DNA of 49,462 nt from Alphaproteobacteria bacterium (lineage in GTDB: Bacteria; Pseudomonadota; Alphaproteobacteria; RF32; CAG-239), in assembly GCA_045126755.1 (NCBI GenBank), contig JBGVOY010000139.1:1-49462 (forward strand). The letters are read 5' to 3'. Below are positions 8,814 through 17,452 of the stretch, in pieces (positions within the stretch are counted from its first letter, which is position 1; the number at the start of each line of letters is the position of its first letter). The translations under genes were made by a program, and so were the position numbers. Below the pieces are notes generated by a model. It was not told where the DNA came from. It ran no database searches and saw only the letters and a list, made by a program, of their open reading frames with translations.

Positions 8814-8922
8814 GCATTATTTTTAATTTTTTTAAAATATTTTTCTCTTTACAAGAATATTTACTTTTGTTATCGTCCGCCCATCTTACAAGTATTATGT
8901 CAAATTTAATAAAATAACTATT

Positions 8923-9282
8923 ATGTCAGGGTATATTATTACTGCTTTATGTATATTTTTACTTGAAGCGATTTTGGTTTATACGCAGTATAAAAACCAA
9001 CTAATTTATTTGATGAAAAATAAGCTGATTTTGGCTTTTTGCCATAGCTTGTTATTTTCTTTGTTATATTTTTTGACCGATGCAAATTCTTCTAAAACTT
9101 TTGTAATTTATGCTTGCTATGTATTTTTGTATGTATCCGTAGCCGAGCGTATAAACGCAAAGTATTGTGTTGAATATTACTTTGATACATACGTCAAAAA
9201 CATTAACATAAAACAGCTCAACAGATATATAGGACTTAGTATTTTGCTAACTCTTATAACGTTATTTATATGGTATCTGTAA
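8923..9282 (+). CDS. Hypothetical membrane protein
   Basis: 119 aa with 3-4 hydrophobic segments. No obvious SD. Followed by a strong terminator. Confidence 0.4.
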   Translation: MSGYIITALCIFLLEAILVYTQYKNQLIYLMKNKLILAFCHSLLFSLLYFLTDANSSKTFVIYACYVFLYVSVAERINAKYCVEYYFDTYVKNINIKQLNRYIGLSILLTLITLFIWYL

Positions 9283-9292
9283 TAAACTTATC

Positions 9293-9321
9293 AGAAGGTG
9301 GAAGACCACCTTCTTTTTTTT
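9293..9321 (+). terminator. Rho-independent terminator
   Basis: AGAAGGTGG-AAGA-CCACCTTCT followed by T7. Confidence 0.75.
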
Positions 9322-9420
9322 ACAAAAAAATTGTGAACACTTGTTTTTTTACCTTTAGATTTTGTGTATCTGTGATATTGTTTATTATAGTAAACATTAA
9401 CTTTTAAATGGTCGAAGACA

Positions 9421-10539
9421 ATGAAATTTATAATTGAAAGAGCTATTTTATTAAAAACACTCAGCCATGTTCAGAGCATTGTTGAGAAAAGAAACACCAT
9501 TCCGGTATTATCAAATGTTCGTATTGAAGCCTTAGGTGACGGTATAAGCTTTAAAGCTACCGATATGGACACGGAAATTACCGAAATAACTGATGCTAAA
9601 ATTATTGAACAAGGAGCAACAACTGCCCCTGCTCATATGCTTTATGATATTGTTCGTAAGCTTAATGACAGCTCAGAAGTAGAACTTACTTTCCCTGATG
9701 AAAAAGGTCAATTAAGCATTGCATCCGGACGTTCTAAATTTTCGCTTTCTACTATTGCCGTAGAAGATTTCCCTGTTATATCAGGTGATGAACTTCCCAC
9801 TAACTTTGTAATGGCAAAAGAAGAGCTTAAAGACGTTATTGACCGGACTCAATTTGCAGTTTCAACCGAAGAAACCAGATATTATTTAAATGGTATCTAC
9901 ATTCATGCAAAAACAGAGGGTCAAACCAATGTGTTACGCATTGTAGCAACTGACGGTCACAGACTTGCTTGTGTAGAATCGCCGTTACCGGCCGGTGCCG
10001 AAAAAATGGAAGGAGTTATCATTCCAAGAAAAACCGTTGCCGAAATCAGAAAACTTCTTGACGATACAAAATCAGAGAACATTGCAATTTCATTATCCGA
10101 AAATAAAATCCGTTTCGTATTGGAAGATATTACCTTAACTTCAAAACTTATTGACGGAACATATCCGGATTATGAAAGAGTTATTCCGACTGACAATGAT
10201 AAAATCTTGGAAATTGGTGTAAAAGCCTTATCTTCTGCCGTTGATCGTGTTTCTGTTGTTGCTGAAAGAACAAGAGCCATTAAGCTCATTACCGGTAAAA
10301 ATCATATTGTTCTTACAACATCCAGTCCTGATTTAGGCAGTGCGTTGGAAGAATTGGAAGCAAAGTATGAGCAAGATGCTTTAGAGGTTGGTTACAATTT
10401 CCGTTATCTTTTAGATATTTTATCTGAAATCAGAGGCGAAAATGTTAAAATCAGCTTCTCTGACGGCTCATCACCTTCTGTTATCCACGACACATCTGAT
10501 GCAAGTGCAATTTACGTTTTAATGCCTATGCGCGTATAG
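9421..10539 (+). CDS. dnaN: DNA polymerase III beta sliding clamp
   Basis: 372 aa. N-terminus MKFIIERAILLKTLSHVQSIVEKRNTIPVLSNVRIEA and C-terminus ...YVLMPMRV are typical DnaN. It directly precedes recF. Confidence 0.93.
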   Translation: MKFIIERAILLKTLSHVQSIVEKRNTIPVLSNVRIEALGDGISFKATDMDTEITEITDAKIIEQGATTAPAHMLYDIVRKLNDSSEVELTFPDEKGQLSIASGRSKFSLSTIAVEDFPVISGDELPTNFVMAKEELKDVIDRTQFAVSTEETRYYLNGIYIHAKTEGQTNVLRIVATDGHRLACVESPLPAGAEKMEGVIIPRKTVAEIRKLLDDTKSENIAISLSENKIRFVLEDITLTSKLIDGTYPDYERVIPTDNDKILEIGVKALSSAVDRVSVVAERTRAIKLITGKNHIVLTTSSPDLGSALEELEAKYEQDALEVGYNFRYLLDILSEIRGENVKISFSDGSSPSVIHDTSDASAIYVLMPMRV

Positions 10540-10555
10540 ACAGACGGTGGTTTGA

Positions 10556-11767
10556 TTGGATAATTTAGCAATTAAAATAAATGAAGTTGTGAAAGAAAAG
10601 TCAGGCGTTTCGCGCCTGACTTTAACCGACTTTAGAAACTATGCGTATTTACGTATAAATGCTGATTTATGTCCGATTATACTAACCGGTGAAAACGGAA
10701 GCGGTAAAACAAATATTTTGGAAGCAATATCCTTTTTAACTCCGGGACGCGGATTAAGAGGGGCAAAACTTGCTGATATAAAGCGTATTACGCCGGCTAT
10801 TGTAACGACACAGTATCAATCTTTGAATGAAGCGCTTAACTGGGCTGTTTCCGGTGTTATCAAAAAAAATGATGAAGAATATAATTTAGGAACAGGCGCT
10901 CAAAAAAGCCAAAGAGAATCCGAAGATGAAGTAAGAACATTTGAAAGACGAATCGTGCAAATTGACGGGCAAAAAGTATCTTCACAGGCAGAACTGGGAA
11001 AATATTTATGCGCAATTTGGATAACACCGCAGATGGATAGGTTGTTTTTAGGCGGAACACAACCAAGAAGAAGTTTTCTGGATAGAATTGTATACTCTTT
11101 TGATGTTGAACACGCAAAACGAATCGCAAATTTTGAACATCTGTATAAACAATGGTATCAGCTTTTAAAAAGCGGTTCAAATGACAATGGCTGGTTGCTG
11201 TCTTTAGAAGAAGAAATGGCCTGCTTAGGTGTCGCTATTGCCGCTGCCAGAAGAGAATTGGTCGCCAGACTTAATACTTTTATTGAAAATGAGCCTGACG
11301 ATGTCTTTCCGAATATTATGCTTGAACTTGATGGCACTATTGAAAAAATGCTTGATACAATGGCTGCTGTTGATGTGGAAGACTTTTATATTTCAAATTT
11401 AAAAAAATCTCGCAGAAGTGTTATCAATAATGATTACGTCGACGGAGTAAACAGAACCGATTTTAAGGTATATTATAAGAAAAAATATATGCCGGCCGAA
11501 TTGTGCTCAACCGGTGAGCAAAAATCTTTGCTTGTCAGCATAATTTTGGCACAAACAAAATGTCAGATTTTAGATAAAGGGTTTGCTCCGGTTTTGTTAC
11601 TTGATGAAGTAACCACCCATTTAGATGATATAAAAAGAGATGCACTGCTGCATAAAATAAAAGACTTAAAACTTCAAGCTTGGATTACATCAACCGAATC
11701 GCAAATTTTTGATGTTTTAAAAAATGATGCCCAATTTTTTAGTGTAAAAAACAATCAAATATTTTAA
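10556..11767 (+). CDS. recF: DNA replication/repair protein RecF
   Basis: Walker A GENGSGKTNILEAI, ABC/SMC signature STGEQKSLLVSIILAQ, Walker B VLLLDEV. TTG start after GGTGG. Confidence 0.9.
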   Translation: MDNLAIKINEVVKEKSGVSRLTLTDFRNYAYLRINADLCPIILTGENGSGKTNILEAISFLTPGRGLRGAKLADIKRITPAIVTTQYQSLNEALNWAVSGVIKKNDEEYNLGTGAQKSQRESEDEVRTFERRIVQIDGQKVSSQAELGKYLCAIWITPQMDRLFLGGTQPRRSFLDRIVYSFDVEHAKRIANFEHLYKQWYQLLKSGSNDNGWLLSLEEEMACLGVAIAAARRELVARLNTFIENEPDDVFPNIMLELDGTIEKMLDTMAAVDVEDFYISNLKKSRRSVINNDYVDGVNRTDFKVYYKKKYMPAELCSTGEQKSLLVSIILAQTKCQILDKGFAPVLLLDEVTTHLDDIKRDALLHKIKDLKLQAWITSTESQIFDVLKNDAQFFSVKNNQIF

Positions 11768-11778
11768 GCAAAAAATTT

Positions 11779-11806
11779 GCCCCCGATGTTATCGAGGGCT
11801 TTGGTT
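11779..11806. terminator. Hairpin between convergent recF and a small minus-strand operon
   Basis: GCCCCCGAT-GTT-ATCGAGGGC (8 of 9 bp paired) followed by a weak T-tract, TTTGGTT. Confidence 0.45.
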
Positions 11807-11811
11807 AGTAG

Positions 11812-12012
11812 TTAGTGTTTGTTTGGCTGTTTGTTCAGCCGATTGAACTTTTCGAGTTCTTCCATAGCCTCATCTCTGACGACTATGGCACTCGGAGGAG
11901 GTGGTTTTTCACCTGTAGGGCGGGAGCTTGTCGGGGCATCTTTTGCAGCCACAACTCCTAGCCCAAGGATAGCTGTTATGATAGCAACCATCCAATTTAA
12001 CATTTTCTTCAT
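11812..12012 (-). CDS. Small exported/membrane protein with Pro-rich segment (orphan)
   Basis: 66 aa. Signal-like MKKMLNWMVAIITAILGLGVVAA, then KDAPTSSRPTGEKPPPPS. Starts 4 nt after the stop of the upstream 122-aa ORF. The overlapping plus-strand ORF (11819..12028) has no such features. Confidence 0.4.
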   Translation of the reverse strand: MKKMLNWMVAIITAILGLGVVAAKDAPTSSRPTGEKPPPPSAIVVRDEAMEELEKFNRLNKQPNKH

Positions 12013-12016
12013 AGCG

Positions 12017-12385
12017 CTATTTGATTAATGGTTTATAACGAGGAAAGCCGTTTATTGTATCCACCTGCACATACCTCACACCACTGATTTCAAACTCCTT
12101 ACCGACATTGGTCTCTGAGCTTACATCAATGTCATCAATCAGTGCATACTTTGTGCGCTTGATTGAGAAAACAACCTGCTGTTCTCCGCACCTTCTTACT
12201 GCCGCAATAAACGGGATGTTTTCTGGAAAGTGGTGAACGTGATGGCGAAGTGTCATCTTTACGAGTCTTACATTGGACTCTGTAGGCTCAAGGTTGTTCT
12301 TTGCGATGTATTCGTTAACCTTTGCTGTAAGGGTAAGCAGATTGACGTTCTCAAGAGCTGCTACGTTCTTTTTAATATTTTTCAT
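12017..12385 (-). CDS. Hypothetical protein (orphan, GC-richer than surroundings)
   Basis: 122-aa intact ORF. I recognise no motif. Co-oriented and nearly contiguous with the 66-aa ORF. Confidence 0.45.
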   Translation of the reverse strand: MKNIKKNVAALENVNLLTLTAKVNEYIAKNNLEPTESNVRLVKMTLRHHVHHFPENIPFIAAVRRCGEQQVVFSIKRTKYALIDDIDVSSETNVGKEFEISGVRYVQVDTINGFPRYKPLIK

Positions 12386-12629
12386 ATCTTGATAATTTTT
12401 AATTCACTTATGATTAAAGCATATTTTTTTGACTATTGCAAGCAAAAAATGACAAAATAGTAAAATTTTTTCACTTTTTTCTAAAAACCTACTTTTATCT
12501 CTTATTTTTTGCCTATAAACAAAAAATATTTTATACAAAATTAAAAAAAATATCCGAATCGGTATTGCAATATTTTATTGCTTGTGATAAATTGTGCGCA
12601 ATTACTAATTATTCTAAAACACAATATTT

Positions 12630-12956
12630 ATGGAAACACTCGAACTTATACAAGGTTTAATGTTTGTCGGTGTAGCTTTGTTAGCACTTGTTACTGTCAT
12701 CTTTTTGCTGATACGATCAAGCAGACTCGACAAGGTAAAGACCCACGAAGATTTAATGCGCGTCTTTAAAAGTGATGACAAGTTCTTTGCAATTGCCGGA
12801 CCAACATTATTTGTTATTATGTCTGTGATTATGCTGACAGGAGCACTTATCTCTTGGCCTGATTTTTGTGCAATGCAGCTTTTAGGCATCATCCTTTCGG
12901 CATTTTGGCTTTTGCTTGCTGTAACAGTTGTTATCGCAATGCTCAAAAAGAAATGA
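12630..12956 (+). CDS. Small membrane protein (3 TM)
   Basis: 108 aa with three clear hydrophobic helices. A terminator follows immediately. The antisense ORF 12614..12946 is judged a shadow. Confidence 0.5.
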   Translation: METLELIQGLMFVGVALLALVTVIFLLIRSSRLDKVKTHEDLMRVFKSDDKFFAIAGPTLFVIMSVIMLTGALISWPDFCAMQLLGIILSAFWLLLAVTVVIAMLKKK

Positions 12957-12960
12957 TTTT

Positions 12961-12986
12961 AAGCACTCCTCGGAGTGCTTTTTTAT
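12961..12986 (+). terminator. Rho-independent terminator
   Basis: AGCACTCC/GGAGTGCT inverted repeat followed by TTTTTT. Confidence 0.65.
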
Positions 12987-13058
12987 TGACTAAAAACATA
13001 TTTTATGTTAAAAATATGTCTAATAACAGATTTTTGTGTAAAGTAATATTTTTTATCT

Positions 13059-13472
13059 ATGTATCATTCTTTCATCTTGATTTCATCCCCACAGATATGT
13101 GGCGATGAAAAGTTCAAAAGACACAAGCAACTGGTTGCATCTTACCCCGGAGTTTTTGCGGAAATTGTAGATATTGTTGCCTTTAACAGCGACGATGTTA
13201 CAAAAATTCCGACTATGGTTAAAGAAATTCTTGATGACTACAAAACAAGAACTTTCACCGACGAAAACCATGCCGTTACTACGATTATGTCTTCAGCTTA
13301 CGCCGAGATTATCGCAAAAAAGAAACGAGCTATTCCGGAAGGCATCAAGAACTTTCTTACCAAATACGAAATCGAGGTTTGCGACGACAACTGCCTGTAT
13401 CTTTCTGTACCTGACTACATGGTTACACTTGCCAACTACATGTCAGGTGAACTGCTTAAAAAGAATGCTTAA
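13059..13472 (+). CDS. Hypothetical protein (orphan)
   Basis: 137-aa ORF. I recognise no motif. Followed by a strong bidirectional terminator. Confidence 0.4.
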   Translation: MYHSFILISSPQICGDEKFKRHKQLVASYPGVFAEIVDIVAFNSDDVTKIPTMVKEILDDYKTRTFTDENHAVTTIMSSAYAEIIAKKKRAIPEGIKNFLTKYEIEVCDDNCLYLSVPDYMVTLANYMSGELLKKNA

Positions 13473-13473
13473 G

Positions 13474-13508
13474 AAAAACACCCTCGCCTTTTTGCGAGGG
13501 TGTTTTTC
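13474..13508. terminator. Bidirectional rho-independent terminator
   Basis: AACACCCTCGC-CTTTTT-GCGAGGGTGTT, flanked by an A-run upstream and a T-run downstream. It sits between convergent genes. Confidence 0.75.
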
Positions 13509-14027
13509 TTATTGGTGCGTTACAATATGTTCAACATAAGGTTTTAAATCTTTTAATTTATCTCTAAAAAACATAGGATATGCTTCATATTTATCTAGCA
13601 TATCAATTTCAAGCCATTCCATACGTTCATCTATTGTATTGTTAAGTGTTTTACTATGACTGTTGAGTTCTTTTGTTCCGCGCGGTTTCATTAAAAAATA
13701 AAATGTAATTTCATGACAATCAAGTCCTTTAAGCATTCCGTCATTACGCTTAAAAAAGTTCTCCTGCACATAAGCCAAACGGTCAATTTCATAAGCAACG
13801 CCGGTTTCTTCAAAAACCTCACGTTTAACAGCTTCCTCGGCAGTTTCGCCAAGTTCTATCGCTCCACCGATAGAATAGTAATAATTTTCCGAATCGTTAG
13901 TAGCAAATAAAACTGAATTATCTTCTATGATAATTGCAGCAGCTCTTAAACGAAAGCGCTTGTTATCTGCGGTTTGAAAACATACATCACTGTTAAGCGA
14001 ATCTATAACGTTTGAAATTTTGCTCAT
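13509..14027 (-). CDS. NUDIX hydrolase
   Basis: Nudix box GGAIELGETAEEAVKREVFEETGV (Gx5Ex7REUxEExGU). Confidence 0.85.
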   Translation of the reverse strand: MSKISNVIDSLNSDVCFQTADNKRFRLRAAAIIIEDNSVLFATNDSENYYYSIGGAIELGETAEEAVKREVFEETGVAYEIDRLAYVQENFFKRNDGMLKGLDCHEITFYFLMKPRGTKELNSHSKTLNNTIDERMEWLEIDMLDKYEAYPMFFRDKLKDLKPYVEHIVTHQ

Positions 14028-14106
14028 TTATCACTCCCTTGTCTTATAAAAACAAAATCCGCTGTCATTATGTTTATAAAAAATAAGAATGCAATAAAAA
14101 ATTTTA

Positions 14107-14146
14107 CAAAAAAAAATCCTACAATTTATGTAGGATTATTTTTTAT
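14107..14146. terminator. Terminator downstream of hsp20
   Basis: ATCCTACA-ATTTA-TGTAGGAT, flanked by A9 (a T-run on the minus strand) and by TTATTTTTT. Confidence 0.65.
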
Positions 14147-14155
14147 TAGGAAAAA

Positions 14156-14644
14156 TCAGTTGTCTTTTTTTTCTGATTGTTCTTTATTTTTTTTCTTAAC
14201 ATCAATTTTTTTAAACTTTGCTTTTTGATGTTGTAATTTTGGAATATTCAGACTTAATACACCATTTTCATATTCTGCTTCTGCCATATTATAATCTAAA
14301 TCCAACGGAAGCGGAATGGTTCGCTTAAACATTCCATACGAAATTTCCTTAAAATAATTATGTTTTGCGCTTTCTTCCGTTACATTTTGCTTTTCACCGG
14401 AAATTGTAAGGTATCCGTCTTCTGATATTTTTAAGTCAATATCCTCTTCCTTTATCCCCGGAACTTCAGCAATTACCATAACAGATGTCTTATTTTCGGT
14501 AATATCGACTTTTGGTTCAAAACTACCCACATCTCCACTACCGAAATCAAAAAAATAATTCCATAAACTACGAAAATCATGTGAATGATTTGCACTTACT
14601 AAAGCTTCAGTTTTTTTATTTGAAGCTGAAACCATGTCATTCAT
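14156..14644 (-). CDS. Small heat shock protein, Hsp20/alpha-crystallin family
   Basis: 162 aa. Alpha-crystallin core VDITENKTSVMVIAEVPGIKEEDIDLKISEDGYLTISGEKQ...AEYENGVLSLNIPK. AAAGGAG SD. Confidence 0.85.
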   Translation of the reverse strand: MNDMVSASNKKTEALVSANHSHDFRSLWNYFFDFGSGDVGSFEPKVDITENKTSVMVIAEVPGIKEEDIDLKISEDGYLTISGEKQNVTEESAKHNYFKEISYGMFKRTIPLPLDLDYNMAEAEYENGVLSLNIPKLQHQKAKFKKIDVKKKNKEQSEKKDN

Positions 14645-14669
14645 TAGCTTACTCCTTTGTTAGAGTTTT

Positions 14670-14849
14670 TTAATAATCCCAGCGTTCTTCTTCAATTTCA
14701 ATTACTTCTTCATCCATAGGGGCTGCATTTTTACATCCGCAGCCGCAACCTTTAGAAGTATCTGACTTTGTTGAATCTTTCGGATAAGCACTGCTGGTTG
14801 CATTTTCATTTTTTTGATTTGTGGTTGAATTTTGTTTTTTATCAAACAT
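14670..14849 (-). CDS. Small acidic protein with GCGCGC motif, co-transcribed with hsp20
   Basis: I prefer the internal ATG at 14849, preceded by AGAGGA. Product is MFDKKQNSTTNQKNENATSSAYPKDSTKSDTSKGCGCGCKNAAPMDEEVIEIEEERWDY. It ends 25 nt before the hsp20 start. Confidence 0.4.
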   Translation of the reverse strand: MFDKKQNSTTNQKNENATSSAYPKDSTKSDTSKGCGCGCKNAAPMDEEVIEIEEERWDY

Positions 14850-14868
14850 ATTTTCCTCTCTTTCATTG

Positions 14869-14897
14869 ATTATTGATTTGTGTTTAGTGTATTGCAA
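14869..14897 (-). promoter_or_regulatory. Sigma70-like promoter for the small ORF-hsp20 pair
   Basis: Minus strand: TTGCAA (14897-14892), a 17-nt spacer, then AATAAT (14874-14869), about 20 nt upstream of the ATG. Motif match only. Confidence 0.35.
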
Positions 14898-14898
14898 T

Positions 14899-14937
14899 AA
14901 AACTGCACCATTAAAATATGATGCAGTTTTTATTTTT
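14899..14937 (-). terminator. Terminator downstream of RNase J
   Basis: AAAACTGCA / TGCAGTTTT stem with a 14-nt loop and T-rich flanks on both strands. Confidence 0.5.
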
Positions 14938-14965
14938 TAATCTAAACATTAGGATAGAATATGTA

Positions 14966-16771
14966 TTATCTTTTTTTGCCTTTTCTTGCTCTTGCAATAT
15001 CAACGGCATCTAAAGTTTTTTTCTTTTTCGCCTTCGGTTTTACTTTTTTCGATTTCATAGATTCTCTGTTCGGCAAGTCGTCAGCTTTTTCTAAAAATTT
15101 ATGAAAATTAGAATAATTTTCATCACGTGGTGAAAACTTTTGAACATTAGCAACTTCACAAATCTTGGAAATCGGTTCATAATCTTCCGTAACTTCCCAG
15201 TATTCTTTTAAGCCTTCTAAAGGAATATCTCTGTCTGCAAAAGGATTTGGACTGATTGAACGAACAGCAATCCATGTAAGAGGTGTAAGTTTTGGCTCAA
15301 TGAGTGAGATTTTTCCATCTTCAACATTTATGCCCTCGTTATTTTCAATCAAGCACACATCTATTCCAAGCTCTTTCATCAACTCAGCAGTATCCTGACA
15401 TTGTTCCGGATTTCCGTGCACAGGAAAAACTATCATATCAATTCCGGCTTCTTTATATATTTTCATCAATTTGACAAGATTTTCTTTATTAATATGTCCG
15501 GAATCTTGCATTTTAACTTCTTCAAAATTACCTACTTTTTGTGAAGAAGGGCTCATCACAACAACGGCTCCCTGAGAAGCAAAAAGTTGCAACATTTTAG
15601 GGCCTGTTCTGCCGTTAATTTCATCAATGATACGCTGACGCGCAATAACCAAAACCTTATCATCAACACGTAATACAGGGTGCAAATCAAGTGCCATCTT
15701 AGTTGCTGATGACATAGGAATCGGTGATATTTCATCAACACCGACATTGTATTCGTAGTTTTCTAAACCTTGTGCAAAAGCACCTGTATTTACAATGTAT
15801 TTGAGTTTAATTTTATCGTCAGCTAAATATGATTTTAAGTTACCCTTATATACAACATCATCAAAATCAGTATAGCCACTCAAAGTCATAGCGTTTTTAA
15901 CCAGATTTAACCATTTACCGTCTAAACATACTTTAGTGCCTAATCTTCTTGCTGCTTCAATATCTATAGCAATATTCTGAACACTTCGAGATATTACCGG
16001 TGAAATAATTATAGATTTATCCTTATGTTTTTTAATTACATTGTATGTGTTTTCGATTGCTTGCTCATAACCTATACGTTCTGAACCGTTAGGTGAAGTT
16101 GATGTAGAATCGATAAACATCATTACCGGTAAGCCTATAGATTTTAAATAGTTTGTATGACTATCTACATTAAAGCTCTTACCTACAGGAGGTTCTTCTG
16201 TATGGAAGTCTCCAAAATTATTAGATACCGCAAATGGTTTGCCATCATCATATGTAACGGTTACAAAGCCAAGAGGATCACATGTTGAGTGACCGACAGC
16301 AAAAGCTTTAACGGTTATATTATCACCTACTTTAACAATTTCACCATCTTTAACTCTTTCAATATCAGGCTCGGATAAACCTTCTTCTCTGAAAGCAAGA
16401 CGAATAAGATTTCTGGTAAAACCGTCAGTCTTAATCGGAGGGAGTTTATAGCCCATTTTAACATAGTTTATGAGCCCACCGACGTGGTCTTCGTGCACAT
16501 GGGTTAAAAACAATGTTTTTACAGGTGTTAGAGCTTTAGTTTCCACTCCTGTTTTAGGGTCAACTCGGTCAAAATAGTCATCCACTTTAGGAAAAGCAGC
16601 AACAAATCCTGTTTCATAAGGTGTAAAAATTGAACCTAAATCAAACATTACAACATCGGTATTACCCTTAGCGTCGGTATGTTCAATTACCGAGCAGTTT
16701 CCACCGATACGATCTTTGTTTACACCACCTATATATTTAACAGTTGTTTTTGCTTTATCTTTTTTTGCCAT
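14966..16771 (-). CDS. rnj: Ribonuclease J (metallo-beta-lactamase / beta-CASP family)
   Basis: HxHxDH motif LTHVHEDHVGG. About 600 aa, with a Lys-rich C-terminal tail. I prefer the ATG at 16771 (MAKKDKAK..., preceded by GAGGGT) over the track start at 16825. Confidence 0.8.
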   Translation of the reverse strand: MAKKDKAKTTVKYIGGVNKDRIGGNCSVIEHTDAKGNTDVVMFDLGSIFTPYETGFVAAFPKVDDYFDRVDPKTGVETKALTPVKTLFLTHVHEDHVGGLINYVKMGYKLPPIKTDGFTRNLIRLAFREEGLSEPDIERVKDGEIVKVGDNITVKAFAVGHSTCDPLGFVTVTYDDGKPFAVSNNFGDFHTEEPPVGKSFNVDSHTNYLKSIGLPVMMFIDSTSTSPNGSERIGYEQAIENTYNVIKKHKDKSIIISPVISRSVQNIAIDIEAARRLGTKVCLDGKWLNLVKNAMTLSGYTDFDDVVYKGNLKSYLADDKIKLKYIVNTGAFAQGLENYEYNVGVDEISPIPMSSATKMALDLHPVLRVDDKVLVIARQRIIDEINGRTGPKMLQLFASQGAVVVMSPSSQKVGNFEEVKMQDSGHINKENLVKLMKIYKEAGIDMIVFPVHGNPEQCQDTAELMKELGIDVCLIENNEGINVEDGKISLIEPKLTPLTWIAVRSISPNPFADRDIPLEGLKEYWEVTEDYEPISKICEVANVQKFSPRDENYSNFHKFLEKADDLPNRESMKSKKVKPKAKKKKTLDAVDIARARKGKKR

Positions 16772-16899
16772 TGTTACCCTCGCTTGCTTGCAATTACTGC
16801 CGTAATGATACACCTTTTTTGACAAAATGCAATATTTTTTTATGTTAAAACTTGATTTTTTTTATCTTGGAATTATTTCTGTGGCAAAGGAGATATAAT

Positions 16900-17373
16900 A
16901 TGAACAAATTTTTACGCTTTACATATAGTTTTGCAACTGTTGCCGTTACTGCCGCAGTTGCCGCATTTTTTTCGTTACAGGCAATGAAAACATTTTATCC
17001 GAGTTTAAATATGCCGCTTTTTTCTCCTCCTGATTATGTATTTGCACCGGTTTGGTCGGTTTTATATACACTGATGATTTTTTCATACTATATTGTCTTA
17101 AACTCTACCGACGCTATTCAGACACAAAGCGCAACACTTTTATTTTTAGGTCAGCTTTTTTTACAAATGCTTTGGTCATACGTATTTTTCGGTATCGGGT
17201 TTTATGCACCGGCCATAGTAGTAATATTATTGATGATTTGGACTGTCTATAAAATGATTGAACGTTTCAAAAGCATTAACAAAATTGCCGGAAATTTACA
17301 ATATCCCTATCTTTTATGGCTTATATATGCCGCATATTTAAATATTGGAATCGCATATTTGAATGCAAATTAA
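16900..17373 (+). CDS. tspO: TspO/MBR tryptophan-rich sensory protein
   Basis: Five TM helices. Motifs PPDYVFAPVWSVLYTLM and WSYVFFG. ATG at 16900 is preceded by AAGGAG. Confidence 0.8.
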   Translation: MNKFLRFTYSFATVAVTAAVAAFFSLQAMKTFYPSLNMPLFSPPDYVFAPVWSVLYTLMIFSYYIVLNSTDAIQTQSATLLFLGQLFLQMLWSYVFFGIGFYAPAIVVILLMIWTVYKMIERFKSINKIAGNLQYPYLLWLIYAAYLNIGIAYLNAN

Positions 17374-17452
17374 AATTTTACTAGACTTTACCCGAAGATT
17401 GCTTTATTTTGTTATAGCTAAAAAATAATGATAATTTTTGGGAAGAAATTAA

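Noticed and set aside
9283-9420. Possible oriC or DnaA boxes upstream of dnaN (TTGTGAACA, TGTGTATCT)
   Set aside because: These are only weak partial matches to TTATCCACA, with two or more mismatches each. There is no cluster of boxes, no dnaA gene and no obvious AT-rich 13-mers beyond the background AT-richness.
11819-12946. Competing opposite-strand ORFs (11819..12028 + versus 11812..12012 -; 12614..12946 - versus 12630..12956 +)
   Set aside because: I chose the strand whose product has a signal peptide or TM helices, is coupled to a neighbouring ORF, and has a downstream terminator. The alternatives have low-complexity Ser/Thr-rich translations.
14645-14900. ROSE-type RNA thermometer or sigma32 promoter in front of hsp20
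   Set aside because: hsp20 starts 25 nt after the small upstream ORF, and the putative 5' UTR of that ORF is only ~20 nt. That is too short for a ROSE element. I saw no CTTGAAA...CCCCAT-like motif.
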